Under the pieces are notes generated by a model. It was not told the DNA's origin. It saw nothing but the letters and a program-made list of their open reading frames with translations, and ran no database searches. From an uncultured virus (IMG/VR IMGVR_UViG_2687453603_000006) (taxonomy: Duplodnaviria; Heunggongvirae; Uroviricota; Caudoviricetes), in the IMG/VR virus record IMGVR_UViG_2687453603_000006: a DNA stretch of 64,000 bases. One strand, 5' to 3'. The position numbers and the translations under genes were made by a program. Below are positions 40,201 to 50,700 of the stretch, piece by piece; position 1 is the first letter of the stretch; every line of letters starts with the position of its first letter.

Positions 40201-42560
40201 TTAAAGCTGGACAAATTGTTGGTAACGTTGGTACTACGTATGATAGAAGATTAGGTGGCTTCTCTACTGGCCCTCACCTTCACGTACAAGCAAACTTAGG
40301 AAAAACTCCTTCTGGTACATTTATGAACACTTTCAATGGTGCTCATAGAGCAGTCGATCCTGTTAAATATGGATATACTAGAGTTTCTGGTGGCGGTAGT
40401 CTAAACTTAGGCTCGCTAACTTCTGGACATTCAGCGATGTCTGGTTCTATCAGTGCTGCAATGGCTGAAGACTTAAATGAAGCTGAACAAGAGCGTTTAA
40501 ACAAAATTGAACAAGCAATTAACGCACATAATAAAGCTGAAGAAATGAAGCAAAAAGTTGATGAGCTTAGAAAAACGTTAATGGATAAACAGCTTGAAGA
40601 AGTTCAAACTGCTAAAGAAAAAAGTGAAAATCTTTATAACATCCAAAAATCTCACGTAGAAGAATATGATCATTGGAGAACATTACAAGAAGCACGATCT
40701 GCTAAATTAGAATACGAATTAAACAAAATCGAATTCGAAAAAGGTAGAAATACTAAAGAATGGCGTAATAAAAATAAACAACTTCAAGCTTCTAGACAAC
40801 TTGAAGTTAATTTCGAAGACTCAAAAATACAATATATTAATAAAGCATTGAAGAAGAATGCAAATAAAATATTTGGTAAAAATACAGTAAATCGTGATGA
40901 GTTTGAAACAATGAAGCGAGACGCTCAACAAAATATAAGAGATTTAAAAGCTGGTATTCAAACTGCTTCTGGTGAAATTGCTACTTCAATGATTGATCAA
41001 ATTCTTGATGAATATGAAGACCGTGTAGGTAAAGTTTCAGCTAAAATTGAAAAGATGGGTAAACAAAAAGAAAAACTTGATTTAGCCGATAATAAACAGG
41101 CTTTGAAAAGTTCATCCCTAAGTAGACAACAAGCTAAAGACTCTAAGTCACTAGCTAGTTACATTAATTTCTATATCAAACAATTAGAACGCCAGTTAAA
41201 ATTAACGGGTAAAAACCATGAATTACAACAAAAAGTAAAAGAACAAATTAAAGAAATGAAAGTTGCTTATGATGACGCTACCCTAGCCGCTCATCAATAT
41301 ATTACTGAAGCTGCTGAAGTTGATACAGAAAGACAACTTCAATTAAACGCTAATCGTTTAAGAGACGCACAAAACGAGTTGTCTAAAGCTGATTATAAAG
41401 CTGGTTTCATTTCACAAGAATATCAAATTGACCTATACCGAAAAAATCAAGAAGCTAAGTTCAAAGGTTACTTAAAAGAAAAAGAAGCACTTGAACAAAA
41501 TAAATCAGAACTTCAAGACATGTATGAGATTTATAAATCTGTCCCTACTCAAGCTCAAAAAATCAAAGAAGCTCTAATTGAAACCAAAAATGCTATTAGA
41601 GATAATAATAAAGGTCTCTATGATTTGAAATATGATATGGCTAACAGTGTTATAAATCAAATTAAGGATATCTATTCAAAACAACTAGAGGTTGCCACGA
41701 AAGCGTATGATGATGAATACAAAGCATACGAAAAAATGATCAACAAAAAGCTTAAACTTATTGATGATGAACAAACTCAAGAGTCATTCAATAAAGATGT
41801 CCGTGATAGAACTGAAGCAATGGATAAAATTAGAGATGAAATTGCTCAAAGAAGTGGTGACGATAGTTTAGCTAACCAAAAGAAACTTAAAGATTTAAGA
41901 GAACAATTAAAACAACAAGAAGAAGACTATACGATGTTCATTAACAATAAAAATCGTGATGACAGAAGAAAAGCTTTACAAGATGAGCTAAACGATAAAA
42001 ACGAACAAATACAAGAACAAAAAGAAGATTTAAATAAAGCTTTCCAAGACTTAATTGGTGATACACGAAGATTTAATGCGATCCAAGAGTCACTTATGGA
42101 AGGTCAAATTGATAAATATAAATCTCTAATTGCTGACTTAACTAAATACGTCAACGATAATATGAAAGAAATTGGACGTTCTACTAGTGAAGGAATATTA
42201 GATGGTCTTGCTGCTTCTTTTAAAGGTTTGTCTTCTTTATCTAAAGAACTTCAGAAACAAGAAAAAAATAATTTGAACCCAGTACCTAATTCAAAATTAA
42301 AACCTACTAAGGTTGATGAAGCTACAATCGCTGCCATTAAGAAAGTTAATGGTTTATCCCCTACTACTATACTTCAAGGTTTAGATATCAAACCTGTTAA
42401 CCTTCCTAAAGATGTAAAACCAAGTAAAACAGTTACTAACAATAATAAAACGACTGCTAAAGCATTAGTTAACATTGAAAACTTCAACGGTACAAAAGCT
42501 GAAGCAGATAAATTAGCTAATAACTTAGCAACTGCCATGAGAAAACAAGGCGTATTATAA
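34287..42560 (+). CDS. Tape measure protein with tail lysozyme and M23 peptidase domains
   Basis: 2757 aa; TMP core; VWNFFKSKGLSDHAVAGIMGNMERES (phage tail lysozyme); HHGRDI, YMHM and HLH (M23). Confidence 0.92.
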   Translation: MASDFNIGILSTLEIDSSSSRKKINDTLKNIEANINSIKADLEVSDTKKSENNAIKSANNVIRNINSNGNLKKLNVELDVNLTKSRQNIQRALSTLSKDFKNKKIDVEVNAKANKNSIGQVKNSISKGASQPLEIKESPSSRSTSRDIKEQQSLMTGLANSYKNLDDLTRALNTSTFEGLRKTVKEIKNADNSLKSYQVTLERVNQEGKKLGSQRFDYTPSANGLKLNKTQLTDQTDKARKEENAAINKLLENEVSKYDRLLNKGKIDIKQHQTLLQTLRQITNEKSKANQFNRTDFNRVAKAAADEAKEYQYQNDMLRKKLALTSQIERIENRMAATIDKQQTNALKNQLNSLGNNRTPFGKEAAFHMNQIQDKVRQISAEAERATRTQLSFVDQFREAMTKSPVWMGATTLFFGAINGAKEMLDVITEIDGKMITLAKVTGDDNALQQTFIDANNAASQFGQTLGSVLDVYAEFARQGVKGNELSQFSNAALIAANVGEIDAKQASEYLTSMSAQWETTGNQAMRQVDSLNEVSNKYATTVEKLAQGQAKAGSTAKSMGLTFDETNGIIGALTAKTKQSGDEIGNFMKATLPKLYSGKGKSTIEGLGISMKDENGQLKSAISLLEEVSQKTKNLEKDQKAAVINGLGGTYHYQRMQVLLDDLSKTDGLYKQIKESSESSAGSALQENAKYMESIEAKVNQAKTAFEQFALAVGETFAKSGMLDGIRMVTQLLTGLTHGITELGTTAPIFGMVGGAASLMSKNVRSGFEGARSSVANYITEVNKLAKVNNAAGQVVGLQKVQTGTASQLQFNKNGEYDKAASQAKAAEQATYQFSKAQKDVSASAMIASGAINKTTVATTASTVATRAATLAVNGLKLAFRGLLAATGVGLAITGVSFVLEKVVGSFNAASQAAEQYKQKQEQTKQAIASMSNGEINSLISSYDKLQQKMNSGSAFNTAEAEKYKEVTSQLANIFPDLVTGENRYGKEMAGNKEVMKQKIELIKQEMELERQKNAIKQKEEQDAYIKEQDSLAKKNRGQKWYQLGQTPELKLQEQARPTTVSDNSNINKINATIQKVKSQAQAEKALEQVDKQLAQSQTKNRQNEVQHLQKVRQALQDYITKTGQANQATRAAVLTAQQQFTNQIATMKKLGTTGQQVMNTISNSVAKTAKSGKAAQATFKSFETSLVKSSSFKSKMASYEASVKKFKNAANQSAKIAALKDVERDYSKVAKGIMQAAKAANMSKSQMKDLKKSLQQNIQAETGFRASVSKAGKVTIDQSKKIKQNTAETRRNSSAKLQNADASDQASEENKELADSMRAGIESSQLLGKAMGELQSQGTLSTETLIELTEKYGDEILAVAGDQEALSNFIMQKQNEETDNYNKNLKTKLENSSSYYKAVAGADSALSNYLMENYGIDTKNYKSLTEVKAKITDLYYNGSAEEQAKVVDAIAKAYHIDLSNYGSLNEKKEALENQLMKILGSKWKKYIGSVAKDMKSLGVDAGEVGADGFDDSKMFNPGALIGANNFQNVSNLSNISNVFNSLNGAFNEAKNEAAGVSRGLDDAASGLKDVGDSAGSAGSGLGKTAKGADKASDSLDGTNKELEKTKEKAEEAGVTVKQLYKQFTVTTYVADKLSMALDKINNKLEKQKLLTEKYATWSSSYRNSLKAENKLLDEKTAKIKKQIESMKEQIAQGKVIEYGLVGKDINVPYYEYTANNLDDGETGRISRYTGNSTQAKVWNFFKSKGLSDHAVAGIMGNMERESRFKPGAQEQGGTGIGLVQLSFGRANNLRNYAARRGKSWKDLNTQLDFIWKELNTTEVNALRGLKSATSVIGAANSFQRLYERAGVVAQGERNAAAKKYYRQFKGTNGSSGFLSGGVVAGTNGKPLTSDRNAYILDRQFGRYNGGGVHHGRDITSATINGSPIKAARSGIVTFKGWTGGGNTLSIFDGKNTYTYMHMKNPARVVKGQRVKAGQIVGNVGTTYDRRLGGFSTGPHLHVQANLGKTPSGTFMNTFNGAHRAVDPVKYGYTRVSGGGSLNLGSLTSGHSAMSGSISAAMAEDLNEAEQERLNKIEQAINAHNKAEEMKQKVDELRKTLMDKQLEEVQTAKEKSENLYNIQKSHVEEYDHWRTLQEARSAKLEYELNKIEFEKGRNTKEWRNKNKQLQASRQLEVNFEDSKIQYINKALKKNANKIFGKNTVNRDEFETMKRDAQQNIRDLKAGIQTASGEIATSMIDQILDEYEDRVGKVSAKIEKMGKQKEKLDLADNKQALKSSSLSRQQAKDSKSLASYINFYIKQLERQLKLTGKNHELQQKVKEQIKEMKVAYDDATLAAHQYITEAAEVDTERQLQLNANRLRDAQNELSKADYKAGFISQEYQIDLYRKNQEAKFKGYLKEKEALEQNKSELQDMYEIYKSVPTQAQKIKEALIETKNAIRDNNKGLYDLKYDMANSVINQIKDIYSKQLEVATKAYDDEYKAYEKMINKKLKLIDDEQTQESFNKDVRDRTEAMDKIRDEIAQRSGDDSLANQKKLKDLREQLKQQEEDYTMFINNKNRDDRRKALQDELNDKNEQIQEQKEDLNKAFQDLIGDTRRFNAIQESLMEGQIDKYKSLIADLTKYVNDNMKEIGRSTSEGILDGLAASFKGLSSLSKELQKQEKNNLNPVPNSKLKPTKVDEATIAAIKKVNGLSPTTILQGLDIKPVNLPKDVKPSKTVTNNNKTTAKALVNIENFNGTKAEADKLANNLATAMRKQGVL

Positions 42561-42581
42561 GATTGTGAGGAGATGAGATAA

Positions 42582-44663
42582 GTGCCAGATATATTCTCAA
42601 TGGAATATACAGAGCTGAGAAATGCTCCCCACTTTATTTTTAACGGTTATCATACTCGTGATTTCAATGTAAAAAATGTACAAGTAGACAACGGTTTAGC
42701 AAGCGACACGTTCCTTGCTGACCGTACGCCTACTATTGAAAAAACAAGGTTCAGTGAGAAGACTTATTTACTAGGTTATACTGAAGAACCGCTTAAATTT
42801 AAAGTTAGATTATTATTTGATGAACATAAATTCACATTGAATAATATTATGACGTTAAGACGAATGATTGACACTGCTGGCTTTAAAGAATTTAGATTTG
42901 ACAATGAAGAAGAGTCTGCATTAAATATTGTAGTTTATGCAATGATTACTGGAGCTTCTAATTTAACTCATAATGTAATCAATGATGGTTATGTTGACTT
43001 AGAATTCCAAACTAATAGTCCAAGAAGATATTCTGAAATCATGATTGATGAATATGACTTTAGTCGATCAGGTTCAGACAGATTAATTACTGAATTCAAA
43101 AGCGAATTAAATAGTATTGTTCAATTAGAAGAAACTTTCTCTCATGAAATTAAGCAATACACTGCTAGAACAAACTATGCAAATATTGAAGAATTTTTTG
43201 AAGATAAGAATAAAGATAGTATTCCAGATGGTTGGAAAATTATCTCTGGTAATAAAAGTGGAATTGTTCTAAATAAAGACAAAAGTTTATCATTAACTAA
43301 TGTAAAACTTAGAAAACGTTTCTACCCTATTAATAACAGAAATTACTACATTAGATTTCATGGTAATGGTGGAAAGTTTAGAATTCATGAAGATACTTAT
43401 AAAATCACAGATGGTTTAGTCCATGAATTTAAATATAGAAGAAACCTTTTAGGCCATAGTGGTACTTTTGATTTAGATAGTTCTAGTGATGGAATTGGTG
43501 AAGGTTGGACTCAAAAAGGAGATAATGGTGCTTTTACTATTAATAAAGTAAGTGAGTTTCAGCAAATTACTGATGGTGGTATTTTAACCTCTCCTATTTC
43601 CATTCAAAAAATGCAAAAATATGTAGTGATTGCAGATGATTTAAATAAAAATTCTACTATCAAAGTTGGTAAAAACACAGTAACCAATACTACTTCACTA
43701 CTCACAAAGATGAAGTTTATTGGTAGCTTGTCAGATCATGATATTACTATCAGTGCAGCCACTCCAACTGATAAAGCAATGTTATCACATATTCGAGTAT
43801 TTGCAGTTACAGACGATGAATATGCAGAATTCGATACATTGACTGACCAGCAAATTAAAAATAAATACCCACATACTGACGCTCACGACTATTTCGAATT
43901 AGATTTTCTAGATACAGCTGGAAAAATTAATTATATAGATATGTGGGAATTAAGTGATGTTAATAAAAAGAAATTAGGTAAAGGAACTAAAATAGAAGAT
44001 ATTATTTATACACCTTATAAGAAATATCTAGCATTCCTTAATAAATACAAAGCTAATTTCACTCGAATGAAGGTTGAATTACTTGATAACTTCGCTAAAG
44101 TAAGCGGAGATCCAACAATTAACTTCAGACCACTTCGGGATAAAACAACGATTTTATTGCAAAAATTCAACCTACTTTTACAGAGTTTATCGTTCGGTGA
44201 TGATATGAAAAAGTATCAGTGGGCTGACTTGCAACCATATTATCACCAAGTTTTATCAATCAAAGAGGAAACTGCGAAGCTTTTACCAGATTTGATTAAT
44301 TTCGTTAAACTGAATTCAAATAAGATTGATTTAATTTCAAACTTAGCTAACAGTAAAATTACAGTTTATAACTTTGGTGATAAACCTGTTTACCCTACTT
44401 TTACATTTGAGTCAACGAATGGCTCAGATATATTAGTAAGAAACTTAGACACCAATCAACAAACAATCATCAGTGATAATCTTGCTGGTGAGACAATTAC
44501 TATGATTGGTGCAAGCGAACAAATTTATTCTTCTCGACCAGCTCCATATTTTAAATATGACGCACATGACGATAACTTTATCAGATTAGGTATTGGAAGT
44601 AATGATTTAGAATTCGCGGGCAATTTTAAACTGACAATTAAATATCAATTTGTATTACTATAA
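42582..44663 (+). CDS. Distal tail (Dit) protein with inserted carbohydrate-binding-like modules
   Basis: Follows TMP; Dit-like termini (HFIFNGYHTRDF; NFGDKPVYP...LGIGSNDL) around a large insert. Confidence 0.7.
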   Translation: MPDIFSMEYTELRNAPHFIFNGYHTRDFNVKNVQVDNGLASDTFLADRTPTIEKTRFSEKTYLLGYTEEPLKFKVRLLFDEHKFTLNNIMTLRRMIDTAGFKEFRFDNEEESALNIVVYAMITGASNLTHNVINDGYVDLEFQTNSPRRYSEIMIDEYDFSRSGSDRLITEFKSELNSIVQLEETFSHEIKQYTARTNYANIEEFFEDKNKDSIPDGWKIISGNKSGIVLNKDKSLSLTNVKLRKRFYPINNRNYYIRFHGNGGKFRIHEDTYKITDGLVHEFKYRRNLLGHSGTFDLDSSSDGIGEGWTQKGDNGAFTINKVSEFQQITDGGILTSPISIQKMQKYVVIADDLNKNSTIKVGKNTVTNTTSLLTKMKFIGSLSDHDITISAATPTDKAMLSHIRVFAVTDDEYAEFDTLTDQQIKNKYPHTDAHDYFELDFLDTAGKINYIDMWELSDVNKKKLGKGTKIEDIIYTPYKKYLAFLNKYKANFTRMKVELLDNFAKVSGDPTINFRPLRDKTTILLQKFNLLLQSLSFGDDMKKYQWADLQPYYHQVLSIKEETAKLLPDLINFVKLNSNKIDLISNLANSKITVYNFGDKPVYPTFTFESTNGSDILVRNLDTNQQTIISDNLAGETITMIGASEQIYSSRPAPYFKYDAHDDNFIRLGIGSNDLEFAGNFKLTIKYQFVLL

Positions 44664-44723
44664 AGAGTCACTTTTGTGGCTCTTTTATATTTGAGTTTTT
44701 TAAGAATATAAGGAGGAAACAAA

Positions 44724-47700
44724 ATGACTTTAAATAACCATTTTGCATATACATTTGAGGAGAGACCTACCCCAAAATTATGGCTTTGTAAACCAGATGG
44801 AACTAGAATTGAAAGAATTGCAGACTTTTCAAAACTTGGTGGAACATTCAAATTCACTAATGTAAACACTTTACATTTTGATTTACCATTACAAGTATTT
44901 AGTGAAGACACTAAGCAAATCGAAAGAAATAAAGTAGTTGATTTAGTAAAAAATAAATACTTAATTGATTATAGATATAACGGATATAGAGATATCTTTG
45001 TAATTGATGATATTAAAAAATCTGCTAATGACTCTGACTTTATTACATTAAATCTAGACTCAAGAGCGTCTGAATTAAATAAGAAAGCTGCAAATGAAAT
45101 TGAATTACTAGGCTCTACTATCCCTCAAATGATGAACAAAATCTTATCAATTTATGCTCCACTATGGAAACTTGGACATGTTGATGGAAAAATTATTAAT
45201 GTTAAACGTGAGTTAACTGGTTCTAATACAACTGTTAACGCTCTTATTGATAATATTTGTTCTCTTTTTGACGCAGTTGCTATTTATAACAACATTAATA
45301 GAACAATCAGTTTCTATCACAAAGACAATGTTGGTACAAATCGTGGTTTAAGAGTTAGGGAAAATAGTTATTTAAAATCATTTGAAGATCAATTTGTTTC
45401 AAAGGATATCGTTACTAGATTATATCCATTTGGTCAAAGTGGTTTAACAATTCAAAGTGTTAACCCAGCTGGCTCTTCTTATATTGAAGACTTCTCTTAT
45501 TTCATGTCTCCATTCAAACGTGATAATAACAGAAATGTATTACAACACAGTGATTATATGTCTGATGAATTATGTCACGCTTTGTTAGATTATCAAGAGT
45601 TTTATGCTAGTAAGAAGGATCAAGCTGGTGAATTATCTAAACAATATAGTGCAATTCTTAAAGAGCATTCACAAGAAGACTTCAGATTAAATCAATTAAG
45701 TGCTACACTTCAACGACTAAATGAGCGTGTTGAATTAGTTAAACCTAAATCAGAATATATTGACTTAGGAACAAAGGTTAAGAATTTCAAAATCACTGTA
45801 CCTAAATCATCATATTATTTAATCATGATTAGAAATGATGGTAGTTTCACTAGAATTAAATTCAATAATAAACAGTATGATATTCCAAGTGGTGAATGGT
45901 TGTATATTAAACTGAAGACTGGTAAGTTCAATGACGCTACTAAGTTTGAAAAACAATTAGAATACCCTCTTGAAATATTAAGTGCAAACGCTAATCTAAG
46001 AGTTGTATACACTCGTTCTTCTGAAGGAGATTATGAAGAAGAAGATACTAAAAAAATCGAAGAAAAATATAACTTAGAAAAATATAAAACTTTAGTAAAA
46101 GATCAAGAAAAAGTAGTTGCTTCAATCGAAAGACGTTTAAAAGCTTTTGAAGATCAAAGAGCAAGTGTAATACGCTCAATGAATGCTAAGAATTTCTTAT
46201 CTGAAAAACTTTATAAAGAACGTGAGTTATATGTTTTTGAGTCTGTTTGGAATGAAGAAAATCATACAGACGCTCAAGAATTATATGATGACGCTGTAAA
46301 ACAAATGAAGAAACAAAAGAAAATCAATAGAACGATCACAGTTGATTTAGTTAATTTCATTCAATCACTTGATCATAAAGATGATTGGGATAAATTAAAT
46401 GTTGGAGATAAAGTTATTTTCCAAAACAAAATCTTCAATACTAAAATTAAAGCTTATATCACTGAAATGCAATTAGATTTCCAAACTAATCAAGTAAAAA
46501 TTACTATTAGTGATATTTTTGATTACAAAGATTTAGATATGATCATCGCTGAAAAATTAGCTCAAACTACTTCTACTTCTTCTCAAGTTGATTTCCATAA
46601 ACAACAAATCAGAGAGCAAACTGGAAGAATTACAGACATGACTCGTCTTATCGAAGGTGAGTGGGACGCAAATAAAAAGCGTGTAATGGCTGGTAACGAA
46701 ACAGTTGATATTGGTTCACATGGTGTTAAAGTTATTTCAAAAGATAACCCTAACGAATTTGTAATCATGGTTGGTGGCGTAATTGCTATGACTCGTGATA
46801 ATGGTGAAACATTTAAAACTGGTATTACTCCAGAAGGTATCAATGCTGAAATGCTTATCGGTAAAATGATCGTTGGTGAAACTTTAACTTTTGAAAATGA
46901 GTCTGGCACAGTTAAATTCGACAAAGATGGACTGTATGTTAACTCTAAAAACTTCCATTTAGTTTCAAATGATGGTGAAGAAAACTACTTCGATAAATTA
47001 AAACGTGAAATGTCCGAAAATGCTAAGCAACAAACAGACAGAATGTTGGAAGAGTATAAAAAAGAAGTTTCACAAACTATTTCTGAAGCTACTGATGTTA
47101 GAAACATTGTTGATAATGCAGCAGATATTCTTCAAGCAGCTTTTGCTGATGGAGTAATCACAGATGTTGAAAAACGTTTGATTTCTGAAACTCTTGCTCA
47201 ACTTGAAAAAGAAAATAGAGAATTCGAAGATAAAATTAACTTAGCTTTAAACCACCCTTACATCACTGAGGAAGATACTATTGAGTTAAATAATTCTATC
47301 GTTGAATATAGCTCAATGTATGAAACACTTGTTATTTCTATTAATGAAAGTGTTAGTGACAAGATGATCACACCTCAAGAGTCTGAAGAAATTAATCAAA
47401 ATATTATAAACTTCAGAGAAGAGATCAAAGACATCTTATCATTAGTAGAAGAAATTATTGAACGAACTAAAAATGCTCAACTACAAGCTACTTTAGAAGA
47501 AGCAAAAGATTATACAACAAGAGTTCGTGATGATATTAAAGATGAATTAAACGACTTAAATAAATCATTTAAATCTTTAAGCAGTACGGTTGAAGACTCA
47601 TTAAAAGATAATATCTTTGACGCTGCTGAATTAGAAGCCATCAAAACAGTTGTATTAGTAACTAAATCAGAATATCAAGATATTACAAATAGATATTCTT

Positions 47701-50700
47701 CAATGTCAGTAAATACAGATTTAAAATCAGAAAGTAAATCAGATTTAACAAAAGCTTATAAAACTTTAGATAGTAGCTTTAATGATTTTGTTAAATATAT
47801 TGACGAAATGACGATGGATAGAGTTGCCGATGAGACTGAGAAAGCTAATTACAAAAAGAAATATGATACATTACAAAAGAATTTATCAGATTATATGAAA
47901 AAATATGATAATTGTATTTTAGAAATATCTAAAAAGTATTCTAAAGACGAAGCTGATAAAGTATTAGGTGATTTCACAGCAATCGCAACTGAATTAAAAA
48001 ATGATTTTCAAGATGTCAAAGATAATTGGGCTGAGTTTAAACAAACTACTCTTGAGTCATTTAAAGACGGTATAGTAACTGAGGCAGAAAAAGCTCGATT
48101 AAGAGTACAACTAGATATGCTTGATCGTGAAAGTATGGATATTGAAGAACGATACAAAAGCTTACTTGCTAATCAATATACTGATACTAATATTAAAAAC
48201 CGTTTAGCTGCTTCACGTTCTCCTTACCTATCAGCTCATGCTAGTTTAAGGCAAACAATTGAGCAAATAATTACTGATGGACAGGTTGATGAAAGTGAAA
48301 AAACTTTAGCCAATAAGTCACTTAATACTTATAACACAACGTTAACTGCTTATTCTAAAGCAATTCAAGAGGCTTTAAATACATTATCACAAATCATCTC
48401 ATCTGATGTAGCAAGTAAAAAAGTTGAAGAATTCAATGGTGTAATAACTACAATTTCTTCAGACGTTGACACAATCAAGAAACAAAGAGATGGATCAGTA
48501 ATCACTTATTATTATAGTGGTGTACCTACATTATCTAATGATCCAGCTAAAAGTTGGACTACCAATGACTTAAAAGACTTACATATTAAAGATATGTACT
48601 TAGACACTAAATCTGGCTATGCATATACTTTTACTAAGTCTGGTACTAGCTATTCTTGGAAACCACTTACTGATCAAGTTATTGTTAGCTCATTGAAACA
48701 GGCAAAAAATGCACAAGACACAGCAGACAATAAGCGTAGAGTTTTTGTTACACAACCTATCCCTCCTTATGATCAAGGAGATATGTGGACTCAAGGTTCA
48801 CAAGGAGATATCTATGTTTGTGGAACATCAAGAACTACTGGCTCATTCGTAAGTAGTGATTGGGTTAAAGCAAGTAAGTACACTGACGATACAGTTGCTA
48901 AACAGGCAGCAAAAGATTTAGAAAATTATAAAGTTAAAATGACTAAAGACTTCAAAGATTTAAATGATGGTGTATCTACTTTTAAAACTGAGGTAATTAA
49001 AGACTTCAAAGATGGAATTGTAACTGAAGCTGAGAAAACTAGATTACGTGTTCAATTAGATATCTTAGATAGAGAAAGTCAAGATATCGAAGAAAGATAT
49101 AACAGTATCTTTAACAGTCAATACGCAGATACTCAAGTTAAGACCTCTATTTCTAACGCACGTTCTACTTATAATAATTCACTTACGAATTTAAGAAACA
49201 CTATTCAAACTATCATTGAAGATGGAGAAGTAACATCTAGTGAGAAAACAACTGCTAATCAAACTTTAACTACTTATAATAATGCTTTAACTGGTTATTC
49301 AACTGCTATACAAGAGGCACTAAGCAGCATGTCAAAAGTTATTGCTCAAAAAGAAGCTACTAGTCAAGTAAATCAATTTAATGAAGTTATCAATAATATA
49401 AACACAAATATTACTGATATTCAGAAACAAGTTGATGGTGCAATTGAAACGTTCTATTACAGTGGAGTTCCAACACTTACAAATATTCCCGCTTCAGATT
49501 GGAAAACTACTAATAAACGTGAAGCTCATCTAGGTGACTTATATTTAGATACCGCTACTGGTATTGTTTACCGTTTCTTGAAAAAAGGAACAACTTCCCC
49601 TACTTATTATTGGTCTGCAATCTCTGATCAAATTATTACAGACGCATTGAATAGAGCAAAAACAGCTCAAGATACTGCCGATGGAAAAAGAAGAGTTTTC
49701 GTAAATACACCTGTTCCGCCATATGACACTGGTGATATGTGGACACAAGGAGCTAGAGGTGACATTTATGTTTGTCAGACACCTAAAGCTAAAGGTGCTA
49801 TTTACTCAATAAATGACTGGGTAAAAGCTAGTAAGTATACAGATGATACAGTGGCAAATAGTGCTGTTCAACAATTAAACGAATACAAACGCACTAATAA
49901 TCTTGATATCGCAGACTTAAAGAGAAAAACTAGCGACTTTGAGAAAACAGTAGTAAATGCTTTTGACGATAGAGTTATTAGTATTTCTGAGTCCTCAGCT
50001 ATTAAAGGACAACTTGCTCTACTTAATCATGAAAAAGATAGACTAGCTAGACAGTATGAAAATATAATTGGAAACTCTAATCTTGTTGGAGCAGAAAAAA
50101 CCAAACTATCTACTACATATTCAAATATGAATACTAAGCTTAGTGATTTAAGTACCACTATTAATAGTGCAATTGTTGATAATAAAATTGTTGACGCTGA
50201 AAGTAAGTCTGTAACTTCAAAACTTGAATTATATAAAACTTCAGTTAATGAATATCAACTTGCTTTTGATAACGCTCTAAATTCAATTATTAGAGAAATC
50301 GCTTCTTCCCAAGCTAAAGATAGATTAGATGAATGGAAACGTACAGAATTTAGTACAGACTCAGACGGTATTATTGAAAGAGTAGCTGGTGCTAAGTTTG
50401 ACTCAAAATGGACTGATACTTGGAGAAGTACAGTTAACCCAGCTATTTCAAAAGTTCAAAGTTCATTAAATGATACTAATAATAAAATAAGTAATCTAAA
50501 AACTGGTGGAGTTAACTTACTTCAATCATATCGTGAAGAAACAAAGGCTGTTATTGATCCAAGTATTACTAGCACTAAAAAAGCTTCATTTGATAAATTG
50601 TGGGCTACTCCTTTATATAAACCTGATTATTTTAGAACATACTTACAGCCTAATACTGAGTATACTATTTCATATGAAATTCAAATCGACAACTTTAATG

